DNA of 61,620 nt, counting the filler, from Actinomycetales bacterium (GTDB lineage Bacteria > Actinomycetota > Actinomycetes > Actinomycetales > CAVURS01): assembly GCA_045807245.1 (NCBI GenBank). It is 4 parts of 4 records of this genome, joined end to end, with 100 filler letters (N's around TTAATTAATTAA, not from the genome) between each part and the next. Parts side by side here need not be neighbours in the genome. Positions count along the whole stretch, not along the records: positions 1 to 21,025 come from JBJMHS010000074.1; 3 more parts are not named here. The stretch is one strand, 5' to 3'. Under the pieces are notes generated by a model that saw only the letters and a list, made by a program, of their open reading frames with translations, was not told the DNA's origin and ran no database searches. The position numbers were made by a program, and so were the translations under genes. Each line of letters begins with the position of its first letter. Position 1 is the first letter of the stretch. Positions 1 through 11,442 of the stretch are shown piece by piece.

Positions 1-459
1 AAGAACACGGACGTCGGGGCGATCAACTCGGCCGAGCAGCTCGCCAAGATCCGCGAGCTGTCCCAGGTCGGCGAGGACGAGTGCGCGATCCGCTGGACGG
101 CTCCCTGCCCCATCCCCGACCGCGGATACTGGTTCGCCCCAACAGTTTTCACCGATGTCTCCCAGACCCACCGGATCGCCCGTGAGGAGATCTTCGGCCC
201 GGTCCTGTCGGTGCTGACCTTCCGCACGCCGAGCGAGGCCGTGGCCAAGGCGAACAACACGCCGTACGGGCTCTCGGCCGGCATCTGGACCGACAAGGGC
301 TCCCGCATCCTCTGGATGGCCGACCGGCTGCGGGCCGGAGTGGTGTGGGCGAACACGTTCAACCGGTTCGACCCGACGTCTCCGTTCGGCGGGTACAAGG
401 AGTCGGGCTACGGCCGCGAAGGCGGCCGGCACGGACTGGAGGCCTACGTTGCCCACTAG
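1..459 (+). CDS. Aldehyde dehydrogenase, C-terminal part (5' end outside window)
   Basis: Frame open from base 1; ALDH motifs REEIFGPV, ANNTPYGLSAG and PFGGYKESGYGREGG. Confidence 0.9.
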   Translation, partial: KNTDVGAINSAEQLAKIRELSQVGEDECAIRWTAPCPIPDRGYWFAPTVFTDVSQTHRIAREEIFGPVLSVLTFRTPSEAVAKANNTPYGLSAGIWTDKGSRILWMADRLRAGVVWANTFNRFDPTSPFGGYKESGYGREGGRHGLEAYVAH

Positions 460-1372
460 GACCCCGGGCCGGGCCGCGCGCGCGGAGAGCCGGATCGACG
501 TACGCAAGACGTACAAGCTGTACGTCGGTGGCGCCTTCCCGCGCAGCGAGTCCGGCCGCTCGTACGACGTACACGACACCAAGGGCGCCTTCCTGGCCAA
601 CGCGGCGCAGGCCTCGCGCAAGGACGCCCGCGACGCTGTCGTCGCGGCCCGGGCGGCGTTCGCCGGCTGGTCCGGAGCCACGGCGTACAACCGCGGTCAG
701 GTGCTCTACCGCGTCGCCGAGCTGATGGAGGGCCGGCACGGGCAGTTCGTCGACGAGGTGTCGCGCAGCGAGGGCCTGGCCCGGCCGCGCGCCGAGCGCG
801 TCGTGGACGCCGCGATCGACCGCTGGGTCTGGTACGCGGGGTGGAGCGACAAGGTCGCCCAGGTGTACGGCGGGCTCAACCCGGTGGCCGGTCCGTACTT
901 CGACATCTCCGCGCCCGAGCCGACCGGGGTCGTCGCGGCGCTGGCCCCGCAACGGTCGTCGCTGCTCGGGCTGGTGTCCGTGGTGGCACCGATCGTCGTG
1001 ACCGGCAACACCTGCGTGGTGCTGTCCAGCGAAGCCCGACCCCTGCCCTCGATCACCCTGTCCGAGGTGCTGGCCACCTCGGACGTGCCGGGCGGCGTGG
1101 TCAACGTGCTGACCGGGCGGACCGCCGAAGTCGCGCCGTGGTTGGCCTCGCACGCCGACGTCAACGGCATCGACCTGACCGGTGCCGCCGACGCCGAGGG
1201 CGTCGCGTGGGGCGACCTGGAGCGCGCGGCCGCCGACAACCTCAAGCGGGTTCGTCGCCCGGCCGGCACGGGTGCCTCGGCCGTCGAGCCCGACTGGCTA
1301 CAGGACCCCGAGCCCGCCGCCATGCGGACCTGGCTCGAGACGAAGACGGTCTGGCATCCGAAGGGCACCTAG
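449..1372 (+). CDS. Short aldehyde-dehydrogenase-family protein (NAD-binding and oligomerisation parts, no catalytic domain)
   Basis: ALDH N-terminal fold motifs (YKLYVGG, EPTGVV, GNTCV, PGGVVNVLTG) that jump from NLKRV to the C-terminal ETKTVWHP; TTG start overlapping the upstream gene is uncertain. Confidence 0.8.
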   Translation: MPTRTPGRAARAESRIDVRKTYKLYVGGAFPRSESGRSYDVHDTKGAFLANAAQASRKDARDAVVAARAAFAGWSGATAYNRGQVLYRVAELMEGRHGQFVDEVSRSEGLARPRAERVVDAAIDRWVWYAGWSDKVAQVYGGLNPVAGPYFDISAPEPTGVVAALAPQRSSLLGLVSVVAPIVVTGNTCVVLSSEARPLPSITLSEVLATSDVPGGVVNVLTGRTAEVAPWLASHADVNGIDLTGAADAEGVAWGDLERAAADNLKRVRRPAGTGASAVEPDWLQDPEPAAMRTWLETKTVWHPKGT

Positions 1373-1459
1373 GCACCGGAAGGCAGGCCACGTCCCGGCT
1401 GGGCATTGCTTCACAGCGCTCGCCGGGTCGTACGGGTCGTTCGCTGCCAGGATGCCCAG

Positions 1460-2151
1460 ATGGAGCCGGGTCGAAGGTCACGCCTCCAGCGCCTGATCCG
1501 CGCCGTCGTCTATGCCGCGGTCGTCGCGGTCCCGCTCGGCGCGCTCGCCTTCCTCGTCCGCACCAAGTTCGCCCCTCTTGTGCACCTCGACGAGGACATG
1601 ATCATGTCCGCCACCGGCTTCACGCGTTCGCATCCCCGTTTCCGCTCCGTCGCCACGGCGTGGGAGTCGGTCAGCCAGCCGTGGGTGGTCTACGGACTGC
1701 TCGGTGTACCAGTCTGCGCGTTCGCCTGGTTCCGCCTTCACCTGCGGACCAGGGCGGCCTGGGCTCTGGCCACCATGGCCACCGGCTGGGCGATCGCCAC
1801 GGGGCTCAAGGCCGTGGTGCGGCGGGCTCGCCCCGTGGTCGACGACCCCTTCTCCGCCCACGCCGGCTACTCGTTCCCCTCGGGGCACGCCACGAACAAC
1901 GCGATCGTCGTCACGCTCGTTCTCCTGCTGCTGCATCCGGTCCTCGGAGTCGTTGCGCGGCGCGCCCTGCTCGGCGCCGGGGTGCTCTGGGTACTCACGA
2001 CCTGCGCGGACCGCGTCTTCCTGGGCGCGCACTTCCCGTCCGACGTGGCCGCAGGCGTGTTGCTGGGCTGCGGCGTGTGCGCTGCGTCGTACGCCGGCTA
2101 TGCGGGCTGGAGTCCACCGACCCCGACCGACACAGCGAAAGGGCGCACCTG

Positions 2152-2152
<1 letters not shown>
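1460..2152 (+). CDS. PAP2-family membrane phosphatase
   Basis: KAVVRRARP, SFPSGH and DRVFLGAHFPSDV motifs, hydrophobic helices; CAGGAT 6 nt before ATG. Confidence 0.85.
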
Positions 2153-4176
<2,024 letters not shown>

Positions 4177-4301
4177 CCTCACCGAGGCTGCCCCGGGATG
4201 CAGCTTTGGTCAACCTCCTTCAGCACAGCCGACGATGGCGGCCTTTCGCCAGCCGCAAGGCGGCTCCTCGGTACGATGCGCAGGACACCAAGGAGGTTGC
4301 G

Positions 4302-5336
4302 GTGGCGACACTGCGCGATGTCGCGGCCCGGGCGGGTGTGTCTATCAAGACAGCATCGAACGTGGTCAACGGCTACCCGTTCGTCCGCCCGGAGACGCGT
4401 GACCGGGTCAACGCCGCTGTCGACGAGCTCGGATACCAGCCGAACCTCGCCGCAAGGAACCTGCGCGCCGGACGGACTGGAGTCATCGGTCTTGCGGTGC
4501 CCGAGCTCAAGTTCAGCTATTTCGCCGAGCTGGCTGACGCGGTCCTGCAGGCAGCAAGGCGACGCGGGTACGTCGTGCTCATCGAACAGACTGGCGGGGA
4601 CCGCGACACAGAGCTGGAGCTGCTGCGCGGTTCACGCATGGCCATGATGGACGGACTGTTGTTCAGTCCGCTGGGCATGTCCGACGACGACGTCGACGTA
4701 CTCAAGACCGACTCCCCTCTCGTCCTTCTGGGGGAGCGGATCTTCAACGGCCCCACCGATCACGTGACGATGCAGAACGTCGAAGGGGCCGCTACCGCCG
4801 TCCGGCACCTACTGCACACAGGCCGCACGCGCGTCGCTGTTCTGGGGGCGCACGAGGGAGAGCAGGTCGGTTCCGCGGCGCTTCGTCTCCAGGGCTACCG
4901 AGCCGCGTTGGACGCAGCAGGTCTTGAGTTCGACCCCGATCTCGTGGTGTACCGGCAGGGGTGGCACCGAACGGACGGCGCCGAAGCCATGCGCGAGCTG
5001 CTTGCACGAGGCGAACAGTTCGACGCCGTCTTCGCACTCAACGACGAACTCGCGCTGGGTGCGCTGCGCACGCTGTTCCACGAAGGAGTCCAGGTGCCGG
5101 AGGAGGTTGCCGTCGTGGGCTTCGACAACGTCACCGAGTCGCAGTTCGCGATGCCGAGTCTGACCACTATCGATCCCGACCGCGTGCAGATCGCGGAGAC
5201 CGCCGTCGAGGCGCTCTTGGAGCGCGTCGCCCAGAGGGACGCCACCGATCCCGCTCCGCCGCGCGTCTTCACCGTCCCTGCCCGCCTGGTCACCCGCGAG
5301 TCCGCGCCGGCGGGGTCCCGAGTGGCCGTCGCCTGA
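4302..5336 (+). CDS. LacI-family transcriptional regulator
   Basis: ATLRDVAARAGVSIKTASNVVN HTH, YQPNLAARNL hinge, AVVGFDN; AAGGAGG RBS before GTG. Confidence 0.95.
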   Translation: MATLRDVAARAGVSIKTASNVVNGYPFVRPETRDRVNAAVDELGYQPNLAARNLRAGRTGVIGLAVPELKFSYFAELADAVLQAARRRGYVVLIEQTGGDRDTELELLRGSRMAMMDGLLFSPLGMSDDDVDVLKTDSPLVLLGERIFNGPTDHVTMQNVEGAATAVRHLLHTGRTRVAVLGAHEGEQVGSAALRLQGYRAALDAAGLEFDPDLVVYRQGWHRTDGAEAMRELLARGEQFDAVFALNDELALGALRTLFHEGVQVPEEVAVVGFDNVTESQFAMPSLTTIDPDRVQIAETAVEALLERVAQRDATDPAPPRVFTVPARLVTRESAPAGSRVAVA

Positions 5337-5344
5337 GAAGACCA

Positions 5345-5373
5345 TTGACGTGGACCTACTCCGTGCCTACACT
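5345..5373 (+). promoter_or_regulatory. Housekeeping sigma-70 promoter of the sugar ABC operon
   Basis: TTGACG-N17-TACACT upstream of the solute-binding protein gene. Confidence 0.8.
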
Positions 5374-5377
5374 CCTC

Positions 5378-5403
5378 TGCAACGTTGCATTACAACGTTG
5401 TAA
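5378..5403. promoter_or_regulatory. Two abutting palindromic LacI-type operators
   Basis: Perfect palindromes TGCAACGTTGCA (5378-5389) and TTACAACGTTGTAA (5390-5403) with central CG, directly after the -10 box. Confidence 0.8.
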
Positions 5404-5446
5404 ACCATGGTCCGATCCCCGATGATCGACCCGAGAAAGGCATTCC

Positions 5447-6703
5447 ATGAGAAAACTGCTTGCGGTGCTCGCGGCCTTCACCGTGGCTGCCTTGGCGCTG
5501 ACCGGCTGCTCCGGGTCTGCGGGAGCTGAGGCCAAGGGACCGGTGACGCTCACCTTCTGGCACGGGTACACCGAGGCCGACGGCAAGGTCCTGAACCAGA
5601 TCGTCAGCGACTTCAACAGTTCGCAGCAGGGCATCACGATCAAGACCACCATCAAGCCGTGGGCGGTGATCGGCGACACCCTGCTCACTTCCCTCTCCGC
5701 GAAGAATGGGCCCGACATCGTCGCCCTTCCGGCGGAGAACCTCCCCGTCTACGCGTCGAAGGGTGCGTTCCAGAAGCTGGACGACTTCTACTCGTCCGCG
5801 GCGGCCAAGAGCGCAGCGCTCAACCCTCAGGCCGTGGAGATGGAGAAGATCAACGGCGCGTACTACGGGGTCCCGATCGGGTTCGTGCCCCTGTCGGTCA
5901 TCTACAACAAGACGCTCTTCCAGAAGGCAGGCATCACCACGTTCCCGACCACCTGGGACCAGTGGGTCACGGCGGCGCGCAAGCTGACAGTGGGCGGCGC
6001 AGCCGGGACGCCCAAGCAGTACGGCCTGGCGCTCCCGGACCACGCGACCGTGGGCAACGGCGTCTGGGCAAGCCTCTTCTATGCCAATGGGGGTGCGATC
6101 GTGAACGGGTCACACTCCGTGCTCGACTCACCGGCCAACCAGGAGACGCTCGCGTACTGGGCCAAGGCCGTGCGCGACGACAAGATCTCTCCGACTGGGC
6201 TGGACGGCATCGCCTCGGACAAGCTGTTCTCCTCAGGCAAGGCCGCGATGGAGGTCGGGGGTCCATGGATGGCGAGCGTCGCCACCGCGAACAAGATCGA
6301 CTACGGCATCGCGGCCATCCCCGCAGGCCCGCAAGGCGAGGGAGCTTCCGCCATCGGGATCTCCACGGCGGTCACCGCGCAGGCGGACCAGGCGAAGAAG
6401 GCGGCAGCGGAGAAGTTCTTCGACTACTTCTTCAGCAAGGAGGTCGCCACGAAGTGGTCGCTGGGCTCCGGCTGGCCACCTCTGCGCACCGACATCCCGA
6501 GCTCGGCCGTGTCGTCGAACCCAGTCGTTGCCTCACTGACGGAGATCTCGTCCTCCGCGCGGCCCCTCCTGCCCGGAGTCGCCAACAGCACCGATGTGCT
6601 GACGGCGGTGGACGAGGCCACGCAGAAGGCGCTGAGCGGCGGTGATCCGGCCAGCCTGCTCAAGAACGCATCCCAGTCGGTCCAAGAGGCCCTCAGCCAG
6701 TAG
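5447..6703 (+). CDS. Carbohydrate ABC transporter solute-binding lipoprotein
   Basis: Lipobox LTGC, LTFWHG, PDI, IYNKTLF and FSSGKAAM motifs. Confidence 0.93.
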   Translation: MRKLLAVLAAFTVAALALTGCSGSAGAEAKGPVTLTFWHGYTEADGKVLNQIVSDFNSSQQGITIKTTIKPWAVIGDTLLTSLSAKNGPDIVALPAENLPVYASKGAFQKLDDFYSSAAAKSAALNPQAVEMEKINGAYYGVPIGFVPLSVIYNKTLFQKAGITTFPTTWDQWVTAARKLTVGGAAGTPKQYGLALPDHATVGNGVWASLFYANGGAIVNGSHSVLDSPANQETLAYWAKAVRDDKISPTGLDGIASDKLFSSGKAAMEVGGPWMASVATANKIDYGIAAIPAGPQGEGASAIGISTAVTAQADQAKKAAAEKFFDYFFSKEVATKWSLGSGWPPLRTDIPSSAVSSNPVVASLTEISSSARPLLPGVANSTDVLTAVDEATQKALSGGDPASLLKNASQSVQEALSQ

Positions 6704-6708
6704 GCCCA

Positions 6709-6744
6709 GTGGCCCGCCGCCGCGTCCCTCCGGCGGCGGGCCAC
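6709..6744 (+). terminator. Intercistronic stem-loop after the SBP gene (mRNA stabiliser or partial terminator)
   Basis: Perfect 14-bp stem GTGGCCCGCCGCCG / CGGCGGCGGGCCAC with an 8-nt loop. Confidence 0.7.
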
Positions 6745-6769
6745 GGAAACCTCTCAAGGGAGCCAGCCC

Positions 6770-7723
6770 ATGAACGTTTCCATCCGGCGGCGAACGGTTC
6801 CGCGAACCTACCGCGCACCGGCCCCCCTCGGTGGCCGCCGCCGGAGCCACCGACACCAGAGCGCGACGGCTGTCTTCTTCATGCTGCCCGCAGTCGTCGT
6901 CCTGGCCGCCTTCGTCTTCTGGCCGATGATCTCCGCGCTACGCCTTTCCTTCACGAACGCCAGCGGCTTCGGGCTCGAGCAATGGGTCGGCCTCGACAAC
7001 TACGAAACGATCCTCACCGACCCGCGCATCAGGGCGACCCTGGGAAACACCGCCCTCTACACGGTGATGTTCACCCCGACCACGGTCGTCGCCGCGCTCG
7101 CTCTCGCCCTGGCCCTGAACAACCGACGCCTGTTCGCGCACGGCGCCTTCCGCACCGCGCTCTTCATCCCGTTCATCGTCTCGCTTGCCGTCGCGGCGTT
7201 CGCGTGGACCTATCTGCTCGACCCTCAGCTCGGGCTCCTGACCTACTGGCTCCGCACGTTCGGCGTCCACATCGGCAACGTCCTCCAGGACCCGAACCTG
7301 GCGATGCCCACGGTGGTCCTGGTCGCGGTCTGGAAGAACGTGGGCTTCTACACGGTGATCTTCGTCGCGGGACTACAGCAGATACCTCAGTCCCTCTACG
7401 AGGCGGCAACGATCGACGGCGCAGGTCCATGGCGCCGCTTCACGAACGTGACCCTTCCACAGCTCAGCAACACGCTCGCCTTCGTTGTCATCTTCGCGAT
7501 GATCGCGGCACTTCAGGCCTTCGACCAGATCTACGTCATGACCGGCGGCGGCCCCTATCGAAGCACTCAGTCAGTCGTGATGGAGATCTACCAAGTCGGG
7601 TTCAAGAAGCTTGACCTGGGATTGGCCTCTGCCCTCTCCTACGTGCTGCTGGCAGGCACCCTTGTCCTCAGCCTCATCCAGCTCCGATTCTTCGGCCGGC
7701 GTGAGGAGGACACGTTCGCATGA
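6770..7723 (+). CDS. Carbohydrate ABC transporter permease
   Basis: WVGLDNY, EAA loop LYEAATIDGAG, FDQIYVMTGGGP. Confidence 0.93.
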   Translation: MNVSIRRRTVPRTYRAPAPLGGRRRSHRHQSATAVFFMLPAVVVLAAFVFWPMISALRLSFTNASGFGLEQWVGLDNYETILTDPRIRATLGNTALYTVMFTPTTVVAALALALALNNRRLFAHGAFRTALFIPFIVSLAVAAFAWTYLLDPQLGLLTYWLRTFGVHIGNVLQDPNLAMPTVVLVAVWKNVGFYTVIFVAGLQQIPQSLYEAATIDGAGPWRRFTNVTLPQLSNTLAFVVIFAMIAALQAFDQIYVMTGGGPYRSTQSVVMEIYQVGFKKLDLGLASALSYVLLAGTLVLSLIQLRFFGRREEDTFA

Positions 7724-8577
7724 CTGACGTCGGAACCCGAACGAAGCTCATGCCGCACCGACGAGCCGCGCCGAACTGGCTGCTGACGGCCTTCGTGCTA
7801 CTCCTGTCAGCGCTTGTGCTGTTGCCCGTGGCTGTCATCCTGTTCACCGCGTTCAAGCCGACGGCGGATATCAACGCGTACCCTCCCAGCCTGTTGCCGC
7901 GTGGCTGGACCTTCGACAACTTCAAGCGAATCTTCAGTGACCTCCCGTTCGCCCGGCTGTTCCTCAACAGCTTCGTCTTCGCGGGCGGTGTCACGCTGTT
8001 CGCGTTGCTGTTCGACTCGCTCGCGGCGTACGCCCTGGCCCGGTTGGACTTCCGGGGCAACCGGCTGGCGCTGATCGCGATCGTCGTCAGCCTGATGATT
8101 CCGTTCCAGGCGACGCTTATCCCGGTCTACCGGCTGGTCGCGCACCTGGGCTGGGTGAACACGTACGCGGGGCTCATCGCCCCCCGAGCCGCGGACGCGT
8201 TCGGCATCTTCTTCCTCCGGCAGTTCTTCCTGTCCCTGCCCAGAGACCTCGACAACGCCGCGCGCATCGACGGGGCAAGCGAGCTCCGGATCTTCAGGAG
8301 CATCGTCCTTCCGAATGCCATACCCGCACTCATGACCCTCGCGGTCTACATCTTCGTCAACAACTGGAACGACTTGCTTTGGCCCTTGGTGTTCACAACC
8401 ACGCCTCAGATGGGGACGGTCACCTCGGGCCTGACGCTGCTCACCGGACCCAGCGGGATCATTCCGTACGGCACGATGATGGCTGGATCGCTCGTCGCGG
8501 TGATGCCGCTCGCGATCTTGTTCCTGTTCATGCAGCGGCGATTCGTCGAGTCGGTTGCCACAACGGGACTGAGATGA
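7720..8577 (+). CDS. Carbohydrate ABC transporter permease
   Basis: AAYALAR, LDNAARIDGASE and WNDLLWP motifs; ATGA overlap. Confidence 0.93.
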   Translation: MTDVGTRTKLMPHRRAAPNWLLTAFVLLLSALVLLPVAVILFTAFKPTADINAYPPSLLPRGWTFDNFKRIFSDLPFARLFLNSFVFAGGVTLFALLFDSLAAYALARLDFRGNRLALIAIVVSLMIPFQATLIPVYRLVAHLGWVNTYAGLIAPRAADAFGIFFLRQFFLSLPRDLDNAARIDGASELRIFRSIVLPNAIPALMTLAVYIFVNNWNDLLWPLVFTTTPQMGTVTSGLTLLTGPSGIIPYGTMMAGSLVAVMPLAILFLFMQRRFVESVATTGLR

Positions 8578-9839
8578 ACGACGCTGCGCGCTGGTTCCAG
8601 GACGGCCGGCTTCACTTCGCGCTGGGGATCGAAGACACCTTCGTTCCGCAGGCACGGGACGGCGAGCGCCCGATCGACGAGTACGAGCTGACCGAACACT
8701 ACGAACGATTTGCCGGTGACTTCGCCCTCGCCGCGGGCTGTGGCGCCGATCTGCTGCGCTGGGGTGTGCCTTGGTACCGGGTCTCGCCGCAGCAAGGCTC
8801 GTGGGACTGGTCCTGGACCGATCGCGCCGTCGACGCCCTCATCACCTCTGGGCTCAGGCCGATCGTGGATCTGCTGCACTACGGAACACCTCTCTGGCTG
8901 GAGGGAGAGTTCGCGCACCCGGACTACGCCCACCATGTCACCGAGTTCGCCGCTCGCTTCGCCGCGCGCTACGCCGGCCAGATCACCGACTACACGCCGG
9001 TCAACGAGCCAGTGATCCACGCTCTGTTCTGCGGGGAGTACGGCTACTGGCCGCCGTACCTTCGCGGTCCAGCGGGCTTCGCCAAGATCGCAACCAGCCT
9101 CGCCAACGGTTTCGTCCGCACCCAGCGTGCCGTCGCTGAGATAGTCGGCCCGGACGCGACCTTCGTCCACGTAGACGCCGCGATGAGCTTCGTCGGTGAC
9201 GAGGCGGCACCGGAGCACACCGAAGAGGCGACCAGGCTTCGACAGCAGGTGCACCTCGTGCAGGACCTGGTCACCGGGGCTGTCGACGACAGCCACCCTC
9301 TGCGCGCACGTCTGCGGGATCACGTTGACGACGCCGAGCTCTCGTGGTTCCGCGAGAACGCGGTGCAGCCGGACGTGATGGGTGTCAACTACTACCCGCG
9401 CCACTCCACCGAGACGTTCGAGCCCGGGGTGCACCACGTCGGTGGGTTCGCCGACCCTCGGCCATCCGTCGACCACGGCGTGGACGGCTTGCGCGCTGCC
9501 ATCGCCAGGTACGCCGATCGCTACGGCGCGCCGACGATGGTGACGGAGACCTGTGTCACCGGAACTGTGGCGGAGAGACTGCGCTGGCTGGACCAGTCGG
9601 TCCTGCTCGTGGACCGGATGCGCGCCGAGGGAACCTCAGTCGTCGGATACACGTGGTGGCCCCTGTTCGACATGTACGAGTGGACGTGGCGGCATACCGT
9701 CCGGCCCCGGGCGGACCATCTCCTGCGCATGGGGCTCCACGACCTCGCGGAAAGCCCTGACGGGCTCCTCCGAGTGCGCAACCCCGTAGCTGACCGATAC
9801 CAGCACCATGCAACGACCCACCGATCTACGACCAACTGA
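8574..9839 (+). CDS. Family-1-like glycoside hydrolase
   Basis: LRWGVPWY, DLLHYGTPLW, acid/base TPVNEP, GVNYY, nucleophile VTET, GYTWW; ATGA overlap. Confidence 0.8.
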   Translation: MNDAARWFQDGRLHFALGIEDTFVPQARDGERPIDEYELTEHYERFAGDFALAAGCGADLLRWGVPWYRVSPQQGSWDWSWTDRAVDALITSGLRPIVDLLHYGTPLWLEGEFAHPDYAHHVTEFAARFAARYAGQITDYTPVNEPVIHALFCGEYGYWPPYLRGPAGFAKIATSLANGFVRTQRAVAEIVGPDATFVHVDAAMSFVGDEAAPEHTEEATRLRQQVHLVQDLVTGAVDDSHPLRARLRDHVDDAELSWFRENAVQPDVMGVNYYPRHSTETFEPGVHHVGGFADPRPSVDHGVDGLRAAIARYADRYGAPTMVTETCVTGTVAERLRWLDQSVLLVDRMRAEGTSVVGYTWWPLFDMYEWTWRHTVRPRADHLLRMGLHDLAESPDGLLRVRNPVADRYQHHATTHRSTTN

Positions 9840-9849
9840 CGGAAGACTC

Positions 9850-11403
9850 ATGTTCACCGCGCATCTCTCTGTCCGCCCGGAAGCCGTCATCGGCGCCATC
9901 AGCCCACGCCTCTACGGCTCGTTCATCGAGCATCTCGGACGAGCGGTTTACGACGGGATCTACGAGCCCACCCACCCCAGTGCGGATGAGGCCGGCTTCC
10001 GGACCGACGTCATCGAGCTCGTCCGGGAGCTTGGTGTCTCCGCCATTCGTTACCCCGGAGGCAACTTCGTCTCCGGCTTCAAATGGGAGGACAGCGTCGG
10101 ACCGCGCCAACAGCGTCCCACGCGCCTCGACCTCGCCTGGCACTCAACGGAACCTAACGAAGTTGGGCTGCACGAGTTCCAGACGTGGCTGGACCGCGTG
10201 GGCAGTGAGCTCATGCTCGCGGTCAACCTCGGGACCCGAGGCACCGCCGAGGCTCTCGAGCTGCTCGAGTACGCCAACATGCAGAAGGGCACCACGCTGG
10301 CCGACCGACGCGTCGCCAACGGCCGCGCCGAGCCGTTCGACGTCAGGATCTGGTGCTTGGGCAACGAGATGGATGGGCCGTGGCAGCTAGGTCATCGATC
10401 CGCGGACGACTACGGGAAGCTTGCCGCCCAGACGGCTCACGCCATGAGGCAGTTCGACCCTGAGCTGGAGCTGGTCGTGTGTGGTTCGTCGAGCTCGTCG
10501 ATGCCCACGTTTGCGGAGTGGGAACGGGTCGTCCTCTCACATGCTTACGATCTGGTCGACTACATCTCTTGCCACGCGTACTACGAAGACAAGGGAGACC
10601 TGGCCTCCTTTCTCGCGTCCGGCGTGGACATGGACCGCTTCATCGAAAGCGTGGTCGCGACCGCCGATCAAGTGAAGGCCGTACGGGCAAGCACCAAGAC
10701 GATCAACATCTCCTTCGATGAGTGGAACATCTGGTACAACTCCCGGTTCGAGAACGTGGACAGGATCCGGGGTGTCACCAACTGGCCCACGGCGCCACGG
10801 TTGCTCGAGGACGTCTACACCGTGACCGACGGAGTCGTCTTCGGCAGCCTCCTCATCACGCTACTCAAGCACGCGGACCGGGTCACGAGTGCATCTCTGG
10901 CTCAGTTGGTCAACGTGATCGCGCCCATCATGACGGAGCCCGGTGGACCAGCGTGGCGGCAGACGACCTTCTTCCCGTTCGCCGCCACGTCCGCGCACGC
11001 GCGTGGTCTCGCGCTCAACGTGGGTGTCCGCACCAAGACCCACCAGACGGAGCAGTACGGCGACGTCGCCGTCGTGGACGCGGTGGCGTCGTACGACGCG
11101 AGCGCTCGCAGTTGTGCCGTCTACGCCGTCAACCGCTCCCCCTCCGAGCCGGCGGAGCTCCTCGTAGACATCAGCCATCTGCGGCTGGCCGACGGCGCGC
11201 GCTCGGTGCGCGCGCGTGTGCTGTGCGACCCGGATCCCGGTGCGGCCAACACAGTGCATGAGCCTGATCGGGTCCACCTGACCGAGCTCGCCGTACAGCG
11301 CGAGGGCAGCTCGCTGCGGCTCGTCGTCCCACCGATCTCATGGACCGAGCTCCTGCTCGAGCTTTCAGGAGCGACGAAGGCTGCGAACAGTGAGCCAGAG
11401 TGA
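9850..11403 (+). CDS. abfA: Alpha-L-arabinofuranosidase (GH51)
   Basis: GSFIEHLGRAVYDGIY, RYPGGNFVS, WCLGNEMDGPWQLG, FDEWNIW and AQLVNVIAPI motifs. Confidence 0.93.
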   Translation: MFTAHLSVRPEAVIGAISPRLYGSFIEHLGRAVYDGIYEPTHPSADEAGFRTDVIELVRELGVSAIRYPGGNFVSGFKWEDSVGPRQQRPTRLDLAWHSTEPNEVGLHEFQTWLDRVGSELMLAVNLGTRGTAEALELLEYANMQKGTTLADRRVANGRAEPFDVRIWCLGNEMDGPWQLGHRSADDYGKLAAQTAHAMRQFDPELELVVCGSSSSSMPTFAEWERVVLSHAYDLVDYISCHAYYEDKGDLASFLASGVDMDRFIESVVATADQVKAVRASTKTINISFDEWNIWYNSRFENVDRIRGVTNWPTAPRLLEDVYTVTDGVVFGSLLITLLKHADRVTSASLAQLVNVIAPIMTEPGGPAWRQTTFFPFAATSAHARGLALNVGVRTKTHQTEQYGDVAVVDAVASYDASARSCAVYAVNRSPSEPAELLVDISHLRLADGARSVRARVLCDPDPGAANTVHEPDRVHLTELAVQREGSSLRLVVPPISWTELLLELSGATKAANSEPE

Positions 11404-11442
11404 GGATGGCATCGACGTTGTGCGAAGAGTGGCTGACGCCGG

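Noticed and set aside
841..2151. Apparent 683-aa ORF extending the second PAP2 gene upstream
   Set aside because: The upstream part is an Arg-rich off-frame read of the ALDH and PAP2 genes; the real start is the TGATG-coupled ATG at 2152.
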